Below, piece by piece: positions 50,449 to 61,111 of a stretch of 64,000 nt of DNA; the stretch's first letter is position 1; every line of letters starts with the position of its first letter. Origin of the DNA: Felis catus (Eukaryota); contig NC_058374.1 in assembly GCF_018350175.1 (NCBI RefSeq), forward strand, positions 38,192,001-38,256,000, in the 5' to 3' direction. A program made the translations under genes and the position numbers. Below the pieces are notes generated by a model. The model was not told where the DNA came from. It made no database searches and was given only the letters and a program-made list of their open reading frames with translations.

Positions 50449-50682
50449 GGGGCGCCTGGGTGGCGCAGTCGGTTAAGCGTCCGACTTCAGCCAGGTCACG
50501 ATCTCGCGGCCCGTGAGTTCGAGCCCCGCATCGGGCTCTGGGCTGATGGCTCAGAGCCTGGAACCTGTTTCCGATTCTGTGTCTCCCTCTCTCTCTGCCC
50601 CTCCCCCGCTCATGCTCTGTCTCTCTCTGTCCCAAAAAATAAATGTTGAAAAAAAAATTTAAAAAAGAAAAAAAAAAAAAAA
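50449..50682 (+). mobile_element. Young feline SINE (SINEC_Fc type) with 17-bp TSD
   Basis: Perfect TSD aagaaaaataaagccct at 50432-50448 and 50683-50699; CpG-intact body; long A tail. Confidence 0.95.
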
Positions 50683-50696
50683 AAGAAAAATAAAGC

Positions 50697-50856
50697 CCTT
50701 GCTACTCAAAGTGTGGTCCTCAGATATGTAGCTTGAACATCACTTGCCATCACTTGGAAGCTTGTTAGAAATGCAGAATCATGACCTACTGAATCAGAAG
50801 CTTCATTCTAATAAGATGCCCTGATGATTCGTGTGCATGTTAGAGTCTGAGAAGCA
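50697..50856. mobile_element. MER5A-like hAT-Charlie element
   Basis: ctcaaagtgtggtcc..gcttgttagaaatgcag..gacctactgaatcagaa..gtctgagaagca. Confidence 0.8.
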
Positions 50857-53391
50857 GAAAAGGAAAACAAAACTAACCATATTACTCCTGTTTAAACTCC
50901 CATCAAAGCATGCCTGCTTCCTGTTGCATGATAAAGCCCAAACTTTCAGGGGATGCACAGCCCAGATGACCTGGTCACGGCCTCGTCCTCAGCCTTGTCT
51001 TTCGCCTGCCTATCTGCCCCCATTGACCCTACTTGTACCGCTTGTACCAGGCTGCTTGCTCCTGGCCTCCACACATTTGCTCCTGTTCAACCCCCTTCCT
51101 GAGACGACTCTCATTCTTCTGTGGGCCAGACTGGATGACTGGTTCAACGTACTTTGTTCCGGAGCTACTCTTTATTTGGGAGAGAGGTTTTTATCTAAGT
51201 CTGGAATTCCATGTGTGTCCTGTAATTAACACAGGGTTTACCTCCTCCAGGAAGCCCTCTCTGACCTCTTTGTACTCTTCATTCCACACGCCAGGCTGGG
51301 GCCAGCATCCCTTCTCTTAGCTCCCTTTGTCATGCTTCTCACAGTTGTTATTTGTGGCTTTTACTCTCCCATTAGCCTGGAGAGCCTGTGACATCAGATC
51401 TTTATACCCCAAGGCTTAGCTTAACATATAGTAGGCACTCAATAAATGCTTGTTGAAGAATGACTCTATCTGTCCAGGCTCCACACATCCTTCTCCACCT
51501 GCCCTTTCTTCTTGGGAACGTGGGATTGTTTTTCTACCCTTGGTTTAATGAGCCCCTTGAGACTTGCTGCTCCCGCCAGCAAGGCTGCCAGCAGGAGACC
51601 CAGGTCTGGGAAAAGGGCAGTGAACTCCAGGGCAGGCCGGAAAGAGCAGCTCTGCGGTTCCCAGCTCTCCTCCCACCTTTCCCACGATGGACACAGCCTT
51701 CAGGTCCCCACTGCTGTGAGGTTTGCTCCAGAGTTATCCTAAGGAGGGAGACGGTGGGGTCCCCCCAACCTGTTGTGTCTTCACTGCCAAAGCCACACAA
51801 GGTAACTGCTTGAGATCAATTTGGGACGTCCTGAGGCAGTGGGGTGAGGTGAAAAGCTCAGGACTTATCAGAAGGCTGGACCTGCCACGCTGGGATGGTA
51901 ATGTTAACAGAGCCTCTAATCCAGGGCCAGATGGATGTAGGGTGGTCTCCAAACCATAGAGGCTCAGAGGTCCTAGCCACCGGGAGCCAAAGCACCAGCT
52001 TCCCTGCTGTCCCGTTTCTCCCTGTTTCTCAGCTGTGCTCTCTGTGTGTGTGCAAGAGCAGCCCCGAAGTTCCCTGAACTGAGATCTCGGTCTGGTCACT
52101 TTTCCTGTTTGGGAGCTGCTGGGATGAGGCTGGGAATCTGCTGGCCTCTGGGTTGGGTTCCTGGAGGAGGAACATTTCGTCTGAGAGGAATCTGGTAGGG
52201 CTGGGTCAGGAAAGGGAATGAGGGGCTGCATTGGCTGAGGCCCCTAGAGTTGACTTCGTGCCCTTCAGGTTGGAAGAGTGTCCTCCTCTCAGACCTTCTG
52301 ATGAGGAAATGGGTGAGGGAACAGAGTGCTTCCAAGCAAAAGCCTTCCTTTCTTCTAGAAGAGCCACAGGCCACAGAGGGTTCCATTTTCTCTGGGCCCT
52401 ACAGAGCTTATTTTCTCCCTCAAGCTAAATGGAGTCGTAGCTGGAGGAACAATCATACTCAGACCTTAGATAATGCTTTCTATTTTCCAGGCTCTTTTCT
52501 AAGCCCCTTATAGGCATTAGTTCGTGCAACTCCCACAGCAACGCCATGAGGGAGATACTACTAATTTCGTCTTCATTTAGCAGATGAAGAAACAGGTTCA
52601 GAGACATCAAGCAATTTGCCTAAGGTAGTAAGTGGCAGGGCCAGGATCTGAACCCAAGCAGCGTGGCTCCAAAGCCCATGCTCTTCACCACTGTCTCGGT
52701 GGGGGCGGGGGAGGGATGAGTGTTCGCAGCTGCCCCTGACCCACTCACCTCCTTGTTACACCCCCACCCCATTCCCTCTGGAGGCCACAGAGGCCCTGCT
52801 GCAGGGAGATGGAAAGAAAGAAGCCTGGAAGGGCCATTGCCCCTACGAGGAAGTAAGGGGGCACTCAGGGGGCTGGTGGCCCAGGCAAGAGCCATATGAA
52901 ACCCTGAGGCTCTGGAAAGGACAGAGGCCCTTAGTGCTTCCATTCTGGAGGGAAAAGGCAAATGGATGATCAGAGCTGGTAGGAAGGAATCGGTTGTTTA
53001 GGGACAGGAGAGAAACCATAACCCTAAATTGGCCAGGCCTCCAGGCCCTCCCAGCAGTAAATGACTGCTCCAGAAGGTTCCTGTGTCCTTGTAAGCCTCT
53101 TCTCCTAGAGAGCACAGTTCCTCATCACCCCCAAGATAAGTCTTGGGCTGTGTGAGAGAAGCTGACTGAGCAAGGAGACTAGGCCCCCCCAGAGCCACCG
53201 AGCCACGGGAGCACCCCCAGTGAAGAGTCTGAGGATGGTTGGGGTGGGGCCCCTCCACCTGGGACTACCTCTGCCCCACTCTCAGCAAGGGAGGGGGGAT
53301 CTGAAGGTTAGGGTCTGCAGTTTCCGGCCCTCCGCCCCCTCCCCAGGATATAGGAAGAGAGAGGGGAAGGGTGGGGAGAGGGCTGCCTCAC

Positions 53392-53643
53392 CAAGTCCTT
53401 GGAGGTGCCGAGCCTCTTGAGGCTGTCCAGGGGGAGCAGGTCGGCAGAGTCCTTGTGCAGGAACTGGGTGGCCTGTCTGAGCCGGCGCTGCTGGCTCAGG
53501 GGGGCTCGGTCGCGAAGCGCTGCCTCCTGTCCCCTCCTCCTGGAGTCTCCCTCCACTCTTCTGGCCTCCTGCCGGGTGGCCCCTGCGGGGCTCCCGGAGC
53601 TTGATGAGCAGGGCGGGGGCTGCTGAACCGTCCTCGTCTCCAT
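53392..53643 (-). CDS. NRIP2: NRIP2 (nuclear receptor interacting protein 2, Ddi1-like aspartic protease fold) coding exon 1 of 6
   Basis: ATG at 53643; METRTVQQ...QEARRVEGDSRRRGQEAALRDRAPLSQQRRLRQATQFLHKDSADLLPLDSLKRLGTSKDL, TTG|gtgag. Join (minus): 53643-53392,49506-49354,48253-48171,47817-47699,47503-47451,47113-47021 = 753 nt, 250 aa. The true start may be upstream (see findings). Confidence 0.92.
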
Positions 53644-53930
53644 CCCCTCTGCCCCGCCACCCGTGGCCCCGCCGCTTCCCGCCTCCCTCAGTTCCGGGTC
53701 GCAGCTCTCCTGACAGGAGGGTCTCCCCGGGGGACAGAGTAAATCAATAAATAACGTGCTGGAGCAGCCGCGTCAGACACCAATTTCCCCGAGATTGCAG
53801 TAGAGGGAGTGAGCCTCCGGCTGGAAAAACCCAGCACTCCAGGAGGAGGGGCGGGGATGGGGGGGGGGGTTGGTGGTAGGTTCTGCAGCGCGTCCAACTC
53901 TAGGGTCCTGGTGGGAGCGGTCGGTGGAAG

Positions 53931-53932
<2 letters not shown>

Positions 53933-53975
<43 letters not shown>

Positions 53976-53983
53976 CGCGCGCG
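53933..53983. repeat. (GT)17(GC)8 alternating purine-pyrimidine tract upstream of NRIP2
   Basis: Read directly. Confidence 0.95.
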
Positions 53984-54419
53984 GGCGCCTGCAAGCACGA
54001 GGGGTGTGACGGTGTTGTAAACTGTCGGGGTGTCCGTGCCAGCTTGTTTGAAAGGCAGTGCGTGGGTGTTGGGAGGGAGTCAGCCTGCGTGTGGGATGCG
54101 GGCACGTGCGGCCCTGTGCGTGTGCCCTCCCGTCTCCTCTTGGGCTGCCCCGCTCTTTTCTCCCCTGGGGCCCTCTGCAGTTTGGGCTTGGGGGCAGGCC
54201 AACAGCCAGGTTCAGAACAGAGAGGGGGGCCTCAAAATGGTCTTCCCCCCTCTCCTTCTTGTCAACAGGAGAGGCTTCACCCTTCTGGGTCTCGACCTTT
54301 CGGATGTGGCAGATTCAGAGTCTTGTTTATTCTGGGTTCTGGATTCCAGGGGGGCAGCAAGAGCAGCTCTGAATCTCCCCACAAGCAGCGCCCCAGCATC
54401 TCCCTCTTCTTCTTCTTCT

Positions 54420-54432
54420 TCTTTTTTAAAGT

Positions 54433-54471
<39 letters not shown>

Positions 54472-54642
54472 TTTTGGGAGACAGAGACAGAGCACACAAG
54501 CGGGGGAGGGGCAGAGAGAAAGGGAGAGAATTCCAAACGGGCTCTGCACTGCCATGTGGGGCCCGAACCCACCAACCGTGAGATCAAGGCCCTAGCTGAA
54601 GTCAAGAGCCCTTGCTTAAGTGACTGAGCCACCCAGGCGCCC
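54420..54642 (-). mobile_element. CanSINE with (TTTA)n tail
   Basis: Reverse head gactgagccacccaggcgcccc. Confidence 0.88.
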
Positions 54643-55624
54643 CTCCCTCTTCTTTATTTAAGGCTTCTGGAGTCCTGGCTCTTTAAAAAGTATTACAATT
54701 CAAACATGCAGAAAGTTGTAAAGAATAACCTTTACCTTTTGCTGGCCACCCCAGTTAAAAAAAATAACCAAACTATTGTAAATATAATCGAAACGCCCCT
54801 TGCACCACTCCTTCTCCCCAGATAACATCCTTTTCTCAATTTGGCATTTTAGCATTCCCACATTTGTTCACTCTTTATGCATGTACGTATATGTGTATCC
54901 GAAGCAACATATCATTTAGTTTTGCCTGACACATTATATATGACCTTCTGCAGCTTGTTCTTTTTTGCTCAATACTTTATTCGTGAGATTCATCCCTGAG
55001 CTATGCATTCTCTTTAACAGCTGTATGTTTTTCCTTTATATGAATACATCACACTTAGGAAATTTAGATTATTTTTCTACAAACAATGGTGTTTTGAACA
55101 TTTTTACACTTGTGTCCCGGGCACACATATGAGCATTTCTCTAGAGGACATACCTAGGTGTGGAATGCCCAGGGCATCAGCTCACAGCTTTCCCCCTTTG
55201 GCATAATGCCACCTTGCCCTCCAGAGGATTTATACCAGGGTTGCTCCCCAGGCAGCAGTGTCCAGGGGTTCCACGCCCTCCCCTTCCTCACCAGCACTTG
55301 GAATCAAACTTTTTTATAGCCCGGGCTCACCTGTCGTCAGATATTTCTCTCCAGCCTTTTATCTTCACCATCATCAAAAGGCATTGGTCAAGCACCTGTT
55401 TACTTGTGTTGGACACTTACAGGCTGGGAGCCCCGACTGAGCCCTGCTCCTTAGAGGCATAGTCTGATCCAGACATCCACGAGGCACACACACGTTCAGA
55501 CAGGCAAGATGTCCTCTGGCCTCCTGCAGACCCAGCCTTTTTCAGGTATTTTCACAGCCATGACAATTATATGAGGAAGAATTGCGTTGTGATCCCTGTT
55601 TACAGATGGGAAAAGTAGTTAAGG

Positions 55625-56079
55625 TGTACAGGTTAAATTGTGTCCCCCATAAATCTGTATGTTAAAGTCCCAACTCCCAGCACCTCAGAATGTGACCTTA
55701 TTTGGAGACAGGGTCTTTAAAGACATAATCAAGCTAAGATAAGGTCACTAGGGTGGACCCTAATCCAATATGACCGTATCCTTGCTAAAAGGGGAAATTT
55801 GGACACAGAGGTACACACAGGAAGAACGCCATGTAAACATGAAGGCCGAGTGTGAGTGATGCATATATAAGCTAAGGGACACCGAAGGTTGCCAGCACCA
55901 CCAGAAGCTGGGAGAAGGGCCTAGGCCAAATTCTTCCTCAGCCCCCTCAGAAAGAACCAACCTTGCCAGCACCTTGATCTTGGACTTCTAATCCCCAGAA
56001 CTGTGAGACAATAATCTTCTATTGTTAAAGCCATCCAGTTTGTTATACTTTGTTATGGCACCCCTGGGAAGCTAATACT
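55625..56079 (+). mobile_element. MLT1 (MaLR) solo LTR
   Basis: tgt..aattgtgtcccc start; cctcagaatgtgaccttatttggaga; cttgatcttggacttc..cagaactgtgaga; ctaatac end. Confidence 0.9.
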
Positions 56080-57134
56080 GAGACTTAGAAATCTCACCTA
56101 ACATTCAGTTACTATATGGCAGAGCCAGGAATCAGCCCCTTATGTTCTGTCTCCCAAGTCCTGCTCAGTGTCCACTATGCCGTAAAGAGAAGACTGACAG
56201 AGGTGAAAATCATGGAATGAAAACTAAGCTATAGTATGATTCCGTTGATTGAGTTCTGGACCACCCACAACCTGGCTTCGTTTAAACACAGTTTCAGTGG
56301 ACTATTCCAGCCCCTTCCCATGCCTTGGCATCCTTTACCACCACACGTTTGCCTGGGATAGAGATCGAGGAGGGGCCACTGACATGTTGCACTGGTTCCT
56401 GTGATTGTTTTGATAGGATCAACTGTACGCATTGATAGATGAGTGAGTGGCCTACATACTATGATGCTGGGCAGGCCAACACTAAAAGGTATCTCCTTCA
56501 ACTTTATTCTTGGCAATTCATTCTTTAGGTTTGAAAAATCCTTCAACATCTTCAAGAGTCCTTCATTAATCCATTTCTTGGAAAAGTAATGCTATCGATG
56601 AACAAGAATGAGATGATTCCAGAGCACTTAGCAAAGTTGCGTTGGGCCAGGCTGATGACATGGATGGGATGTCTCCAAACTCATCAGTGCACTTAGGTCT
56701 GCAGACAAAACCCAAGGGAGGAGTAAACATAACTGTGGTGTAGAATGGAGCCTTTGGAGTTTACAGTTTGGATGCAGTGAGGTTGGGGACGGCATCACCT
56801 CTTTTCCAGTTCTGACAAGGCTTTTGTTGCCTGGCGCTCAGAACCACTAGTGCTCAGGAAATGCCATTCTTTGGAATATACTTGTGCAAAAAGAGTCAAA
56901 TTGGTCCCTGTGTTCTGTGACCAAAACTAATACTGTCTCATTCATTATCTAGCACACCATCTTTGAGTGGGGCTAAGGGGTAAAAAAAACTCTCTTTTGC
57001 CTTTTTTGTATTCTTTGTTTTCTTTCTTTGTAAATTTGCTTTTCCTCAAATTGTAGGGAGAATGAGAATGTTTTGGCAATGGAAAGCCGAGTTTTTTAAG
57101 GAGCTAAAGAACTCCCTTTGGTAAGATGATGAAC

Positions 57135-58569
57135 CCAATGCAATCCACAGATCCAGTGAAATTCGTATCAAAACACCAGTAGTATTTTTCACAGAACTAG
57201 AACAAGCAATCCTAAAATTTGTATGGAACCACAAAAGACACTGAATAGCCAAAGCAAGCTTGAAAAAGAAAACCAAAGCTGGAGGCATCACAATTCCAGA
57301 TTTCAAGTTATACTGCAAAGCTGTAGTAAACAAAACAGTATGGTACTGGCACAAAAATAGACACATAGATAAATGGAACAGAATAGAGAGAGCCCAGAAA
57401 TAAACCCATGGTCAGTGAATCTACAACAAAGGAAACAACACACAATGGGGAAAAGACAGTCTCTTCAACAAATGGTGCTAGGAAAACTGGACAGCCACAC
57501 ACAAAACAATGAAACTGGACCACTTTCTCACACCATCCACAAAAATAAACTCAAAATGGATTAATGACATAAATGTAAGACTTGAAACCATTAAAATTTT
57601 AAAAGAAGACAAGGCAGTAAACTCATGGACATCGACCTTAACAACACTTTTATGGATCTGACTCCAAAGGTAATGGCAACAAAAGCAAAAATAAACAATT
57701 AGGAATACACCAAAATAAAAAGCTTCTGCATAGCAAAGGAAACCATCAATAAAACAAAAAGGCAACCTACCGAATAGACATTTTTCCAGAGACATACAGA
57801 TGGCCAACAGACACATGAAAAGGTGCTTAACATCACTTATTATCAGGGAAATGCAAATAAGAACTATAATGAGATATCACCTCACACCTGTCAGAATGGC
57901 TAAAATCAACAGTACGAGAACAACAGATGTTGTGAGGATGTGGAGAAAGGGGAACCCTCTTGCACTGTTTGTGGGAATGCAAACTGGTGCAGCCAGTCTG
58001 AAAACAGTATGGCGTCTCCTCAAAAAACTAAAAATAGACCTATCATATGATCCAGTAATCCTACTTTTAGGTATTTACCCAAAGAAAATAAAAACACTAA
58101 CTCAAGGGGCATCAGTTAAGCGCCTGACTCTTGATTTCAGCTCAGGTCATGATACCATTCATGAGTTTGAGCCCTGCATCGGGCTCTGTGCTGACAGTGT
58201 GGAGCCTGCTTGGGATTTGTCTCTCCCTGTCTCTCTCTGCCTCTCCACCACTTGCATGTTCACTCTCTCCCTCTCTCTCAAAGTAAATAAATAAACTTTA
58301 AAAAAACCACTAACTCAAAAAGACATATGCACTCTATGTTTATTGCAGTGTTATTTATAATAGCCAAGATATGGAAGCAACCTAAATGTCCATCAATAGA
58401 TGTATGGATAAAGATGTGGTATAAAATCTCACTACTGGGTATTTATGCACAGAAAATGAAAACACTAATTTGAAAAGATATATATACCCTTATACATATT
58501 ACAACACTAACTACAATAGCCAAGATATGGAAGCAATCCAAGTGTCTACCCATAGATGAATAAAGATGT

Positions 58570-58620
<51 letters not shown>

Positions 58621-59290
58621 GAATACTACTCAGCCATAAAAAGGATGAGATCTTGCCATTTTCAGCCACATGGATGGACCAAGAGGGTAGTGTGCTAAAT
58701 GAATTAAGTCAAAGGCAAATGTCACATGATTTCATCTGTATGTGGAATCTAAAAAACAAAACAAGTGAATAAACAAAAAGCAGGAACAGACCCATAAATA
58801 CAGAGAACAAACTGATGGTTGCCAGAGGAAAGGAATTAGGGGGATAGGCAAAACAGGTACAGGGGATTAAGAGGTGCAAACTTTTTTTAAATGTTTTATT
58901 TATTTTTTGGGGAGAGAGAGTACAAGGGGGAAGGGGCTGAAGGAGAGGGGGACAGAGGATCTGAAGCGGGCTCTGTGCTGACAGCAGCAAGCCCAGTATG
59001 GGGCTTGAACTCACAAACCATGAGACAATGACCTGAGTTGAAGTCAGACGCTCAGCAGACTGAGCCACCCAGTCACCCCAAGAGATACACTTCTAACTAT
59101 AAAAAATAATTCATGAGGGTGAAAATTATCTCCTAGGGAATATAGTCCATAATATTTTAAGACTTTGTAGGGTGACTGATGGTAACCACACTCACAATAG
59201 CAAGCACTGCATAATGTATATAATTGTCAAATCACTATGTAGTACACCTGGAACTAATAGTATATGTCAACTATACTTTGGCTTAAAAAA
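57135..59290 (+). mobile_element. 5'-truncated LINE-1 (decayed ORF2 3' part and 3' UTR) with inserted CanSINEs (~58105-58300 +, ~58880-59078 -) and (AC)23 at 58573-58618
   Basis: ORF 57800-58294 [23 protein letters not shown] is the L1 ORF2 C-terminal region; 3' end atgtcaactatactt. Confidence 0.92.
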
Positions 59291-60786
59291 TCTAGCCTCG
59301 TCTAACTCTAAAAAAAAAATGATGGTGGAGAGTGCCAGGGAATGTTCTGAGGTCACTTTGTATCCTTAGCTGGGTGTTCTGTGTCTTTGCCAATAACTTA
59401 CCTCTGAAGGCAGTTTGTATCCTCAGCTGGGTGGTCTGTGTCTTTGCCAATAATTTACCTCACTCCCCTCCCCTGGTCATTTTTTTAGCTTATTTATTTT
59501 AAGTAATCTCTACATCCAACATGGGGCCTGAACCCACAATCAAGAGTCACACACTCTTCCAATGAGCCAGCCAGATGCTCATCCCCTGGTCATTTTTTTA
59601 ACCTAAAGATTATAGACTTCAACAAACCAATTCATTAACAAGGGATAACTACATTGAGCTCTAATGATGAGACACAGGGGGAGAAAACTTCCAGGAGCAC
59701 TATTCAGGAAGATTAAACCAGTCTTCTACAGTGAGGAACAGAGGAAGTGGAGATATTCCCTTCCAAGATACTTGGGAAATATCTGTAATTTCTCTCATTT
59801 ATTTCATCTTGTGGTTCACATAGATGTTGAAGTGAATGGATCCAGATTCAGAAATTTCATGAGGAGAAAAATGGAAGTGTGAGATTTGGCTCCCTCACTG
59901 CACTGGTTCTCCTCTGAATTATAGCAAGTTTTCCTTTCAGTCAGTCAAAAAATATTTATTGAGCACCTACTATGTGTCAGACACCGAGGTAGGCTCTGGG
60001 CCTAGGATGGTGAACCAAATGAAGGCCCCACCCTCATGGGGTTCACATTGTAACGTGGAAGGCAGACAAGGAACAATGACATTTATGATGTCAGGTTGTG
60101 GTAAATGCTGAACAAAACTAGAGCAGGATGAGAGGAGAGAGAGTGATGGGGGTAGGGTGGTGGGTGGATGACACTGTGCCGAGATGAGAACAAGGTGAAG
60201 AAGGCTGTGCACATACCTGGAGGAAGGGTGTCTCAGACAGAGAACTCAGAATATTGCAGGTAAGATAAGGTAGGCTGAGACATTGCTTGTCCCCACATAC
60301 ACCCCAGACAGGGTAGATTTACACCTGTCCATCCTTTCTGTCCAGCCTGGCTCCTCTGGTGACCAGTCACTTGCACCAGGAAGACTGACTGAGGTATGGA
60401 GCATTGTCTCCGGCCATGGAGAGAATAGAGCTACCTTGTCTACCCCAGGATGAACCCTTTTCCTTGCCCTGCTTGGCGCAGTGCTCTTCCCATTTGGGTT
60501 GACTAGCCGCCAAACCCCAAGTCCAACAGACCTGAGGAAGTTGGGATTCCCTCTACTGAAAGAGAACCCAGAACACTGCTGTGTGGGTTCTAAGAACAGC
60601 CAGAGGGCGATGGGTCTTTGTATTTCTGGCAATGAGGAAGGCTGAGAGGGGCTCCTAAGTTAAGGCTTTCTTGACTTTTACCCTCAGAGGCTCTCAGGTC
60701 TCTAGAGAACTTTCTGCCTTCAGATAAAACCAGATCACACCTTATACTTGCCATTGGGTGTCAGACAACCCTTAGCAAGTCTAGAT

Positions 60787-61111
60787 TTGTGCTGACCAAT
60801 ATAGCAGTCACCAGCTACATACAGTTATTGAGCACTTGAGGTGTGGTTAGGCTGAAGAGAGCTTTGCTGTAAGTGTAAAATATACACCAGATTTTGAAAA
60901 CAATACAAGATAACAATGTGAAATATCTCAACTATTTTTACATGGATTACATTATTTTATATTCATAATATTTCAGATCTATCATATTAAATAAAATATA
61001 GTACATTATAAAAATCAACTTCACTGGTTTATTTTTACTTTTTTAAATATGGCAACTAACAAATTTAAAGTTACATATACTGGTCTATTATATTTCTATT
61101 GGATGGCACTG
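60787..61111. mobile_element. MER33-like hAT-Charlie element
   Basis: gtgctgaccaat start; ctgtaagtgtaaaatatacaccagatttt; ttatatttctattggatggcactg end. Confidence 0.8.

Noticed and set aside
57046-58294. ORFs of 106-164 aa on both strands
   Set aside because: Fragments of decayed L1 ORF2 and its antisense, broken by stops and SINE insertions; not an intact element.
59357-59461. Repeat-spacer-repeat as CRISPR-like
   Set aside because: Mammalian DNA, only two units, 9-bp spacer, no cas genes.
60246-60632. 128-aa minus-strand ORF containing an exon-like segment 60555-60435 (ttcag|...AAG|gtagct)
   Set aside because: No recognisable protein family, weak donor and no linkable neighbouring exons.
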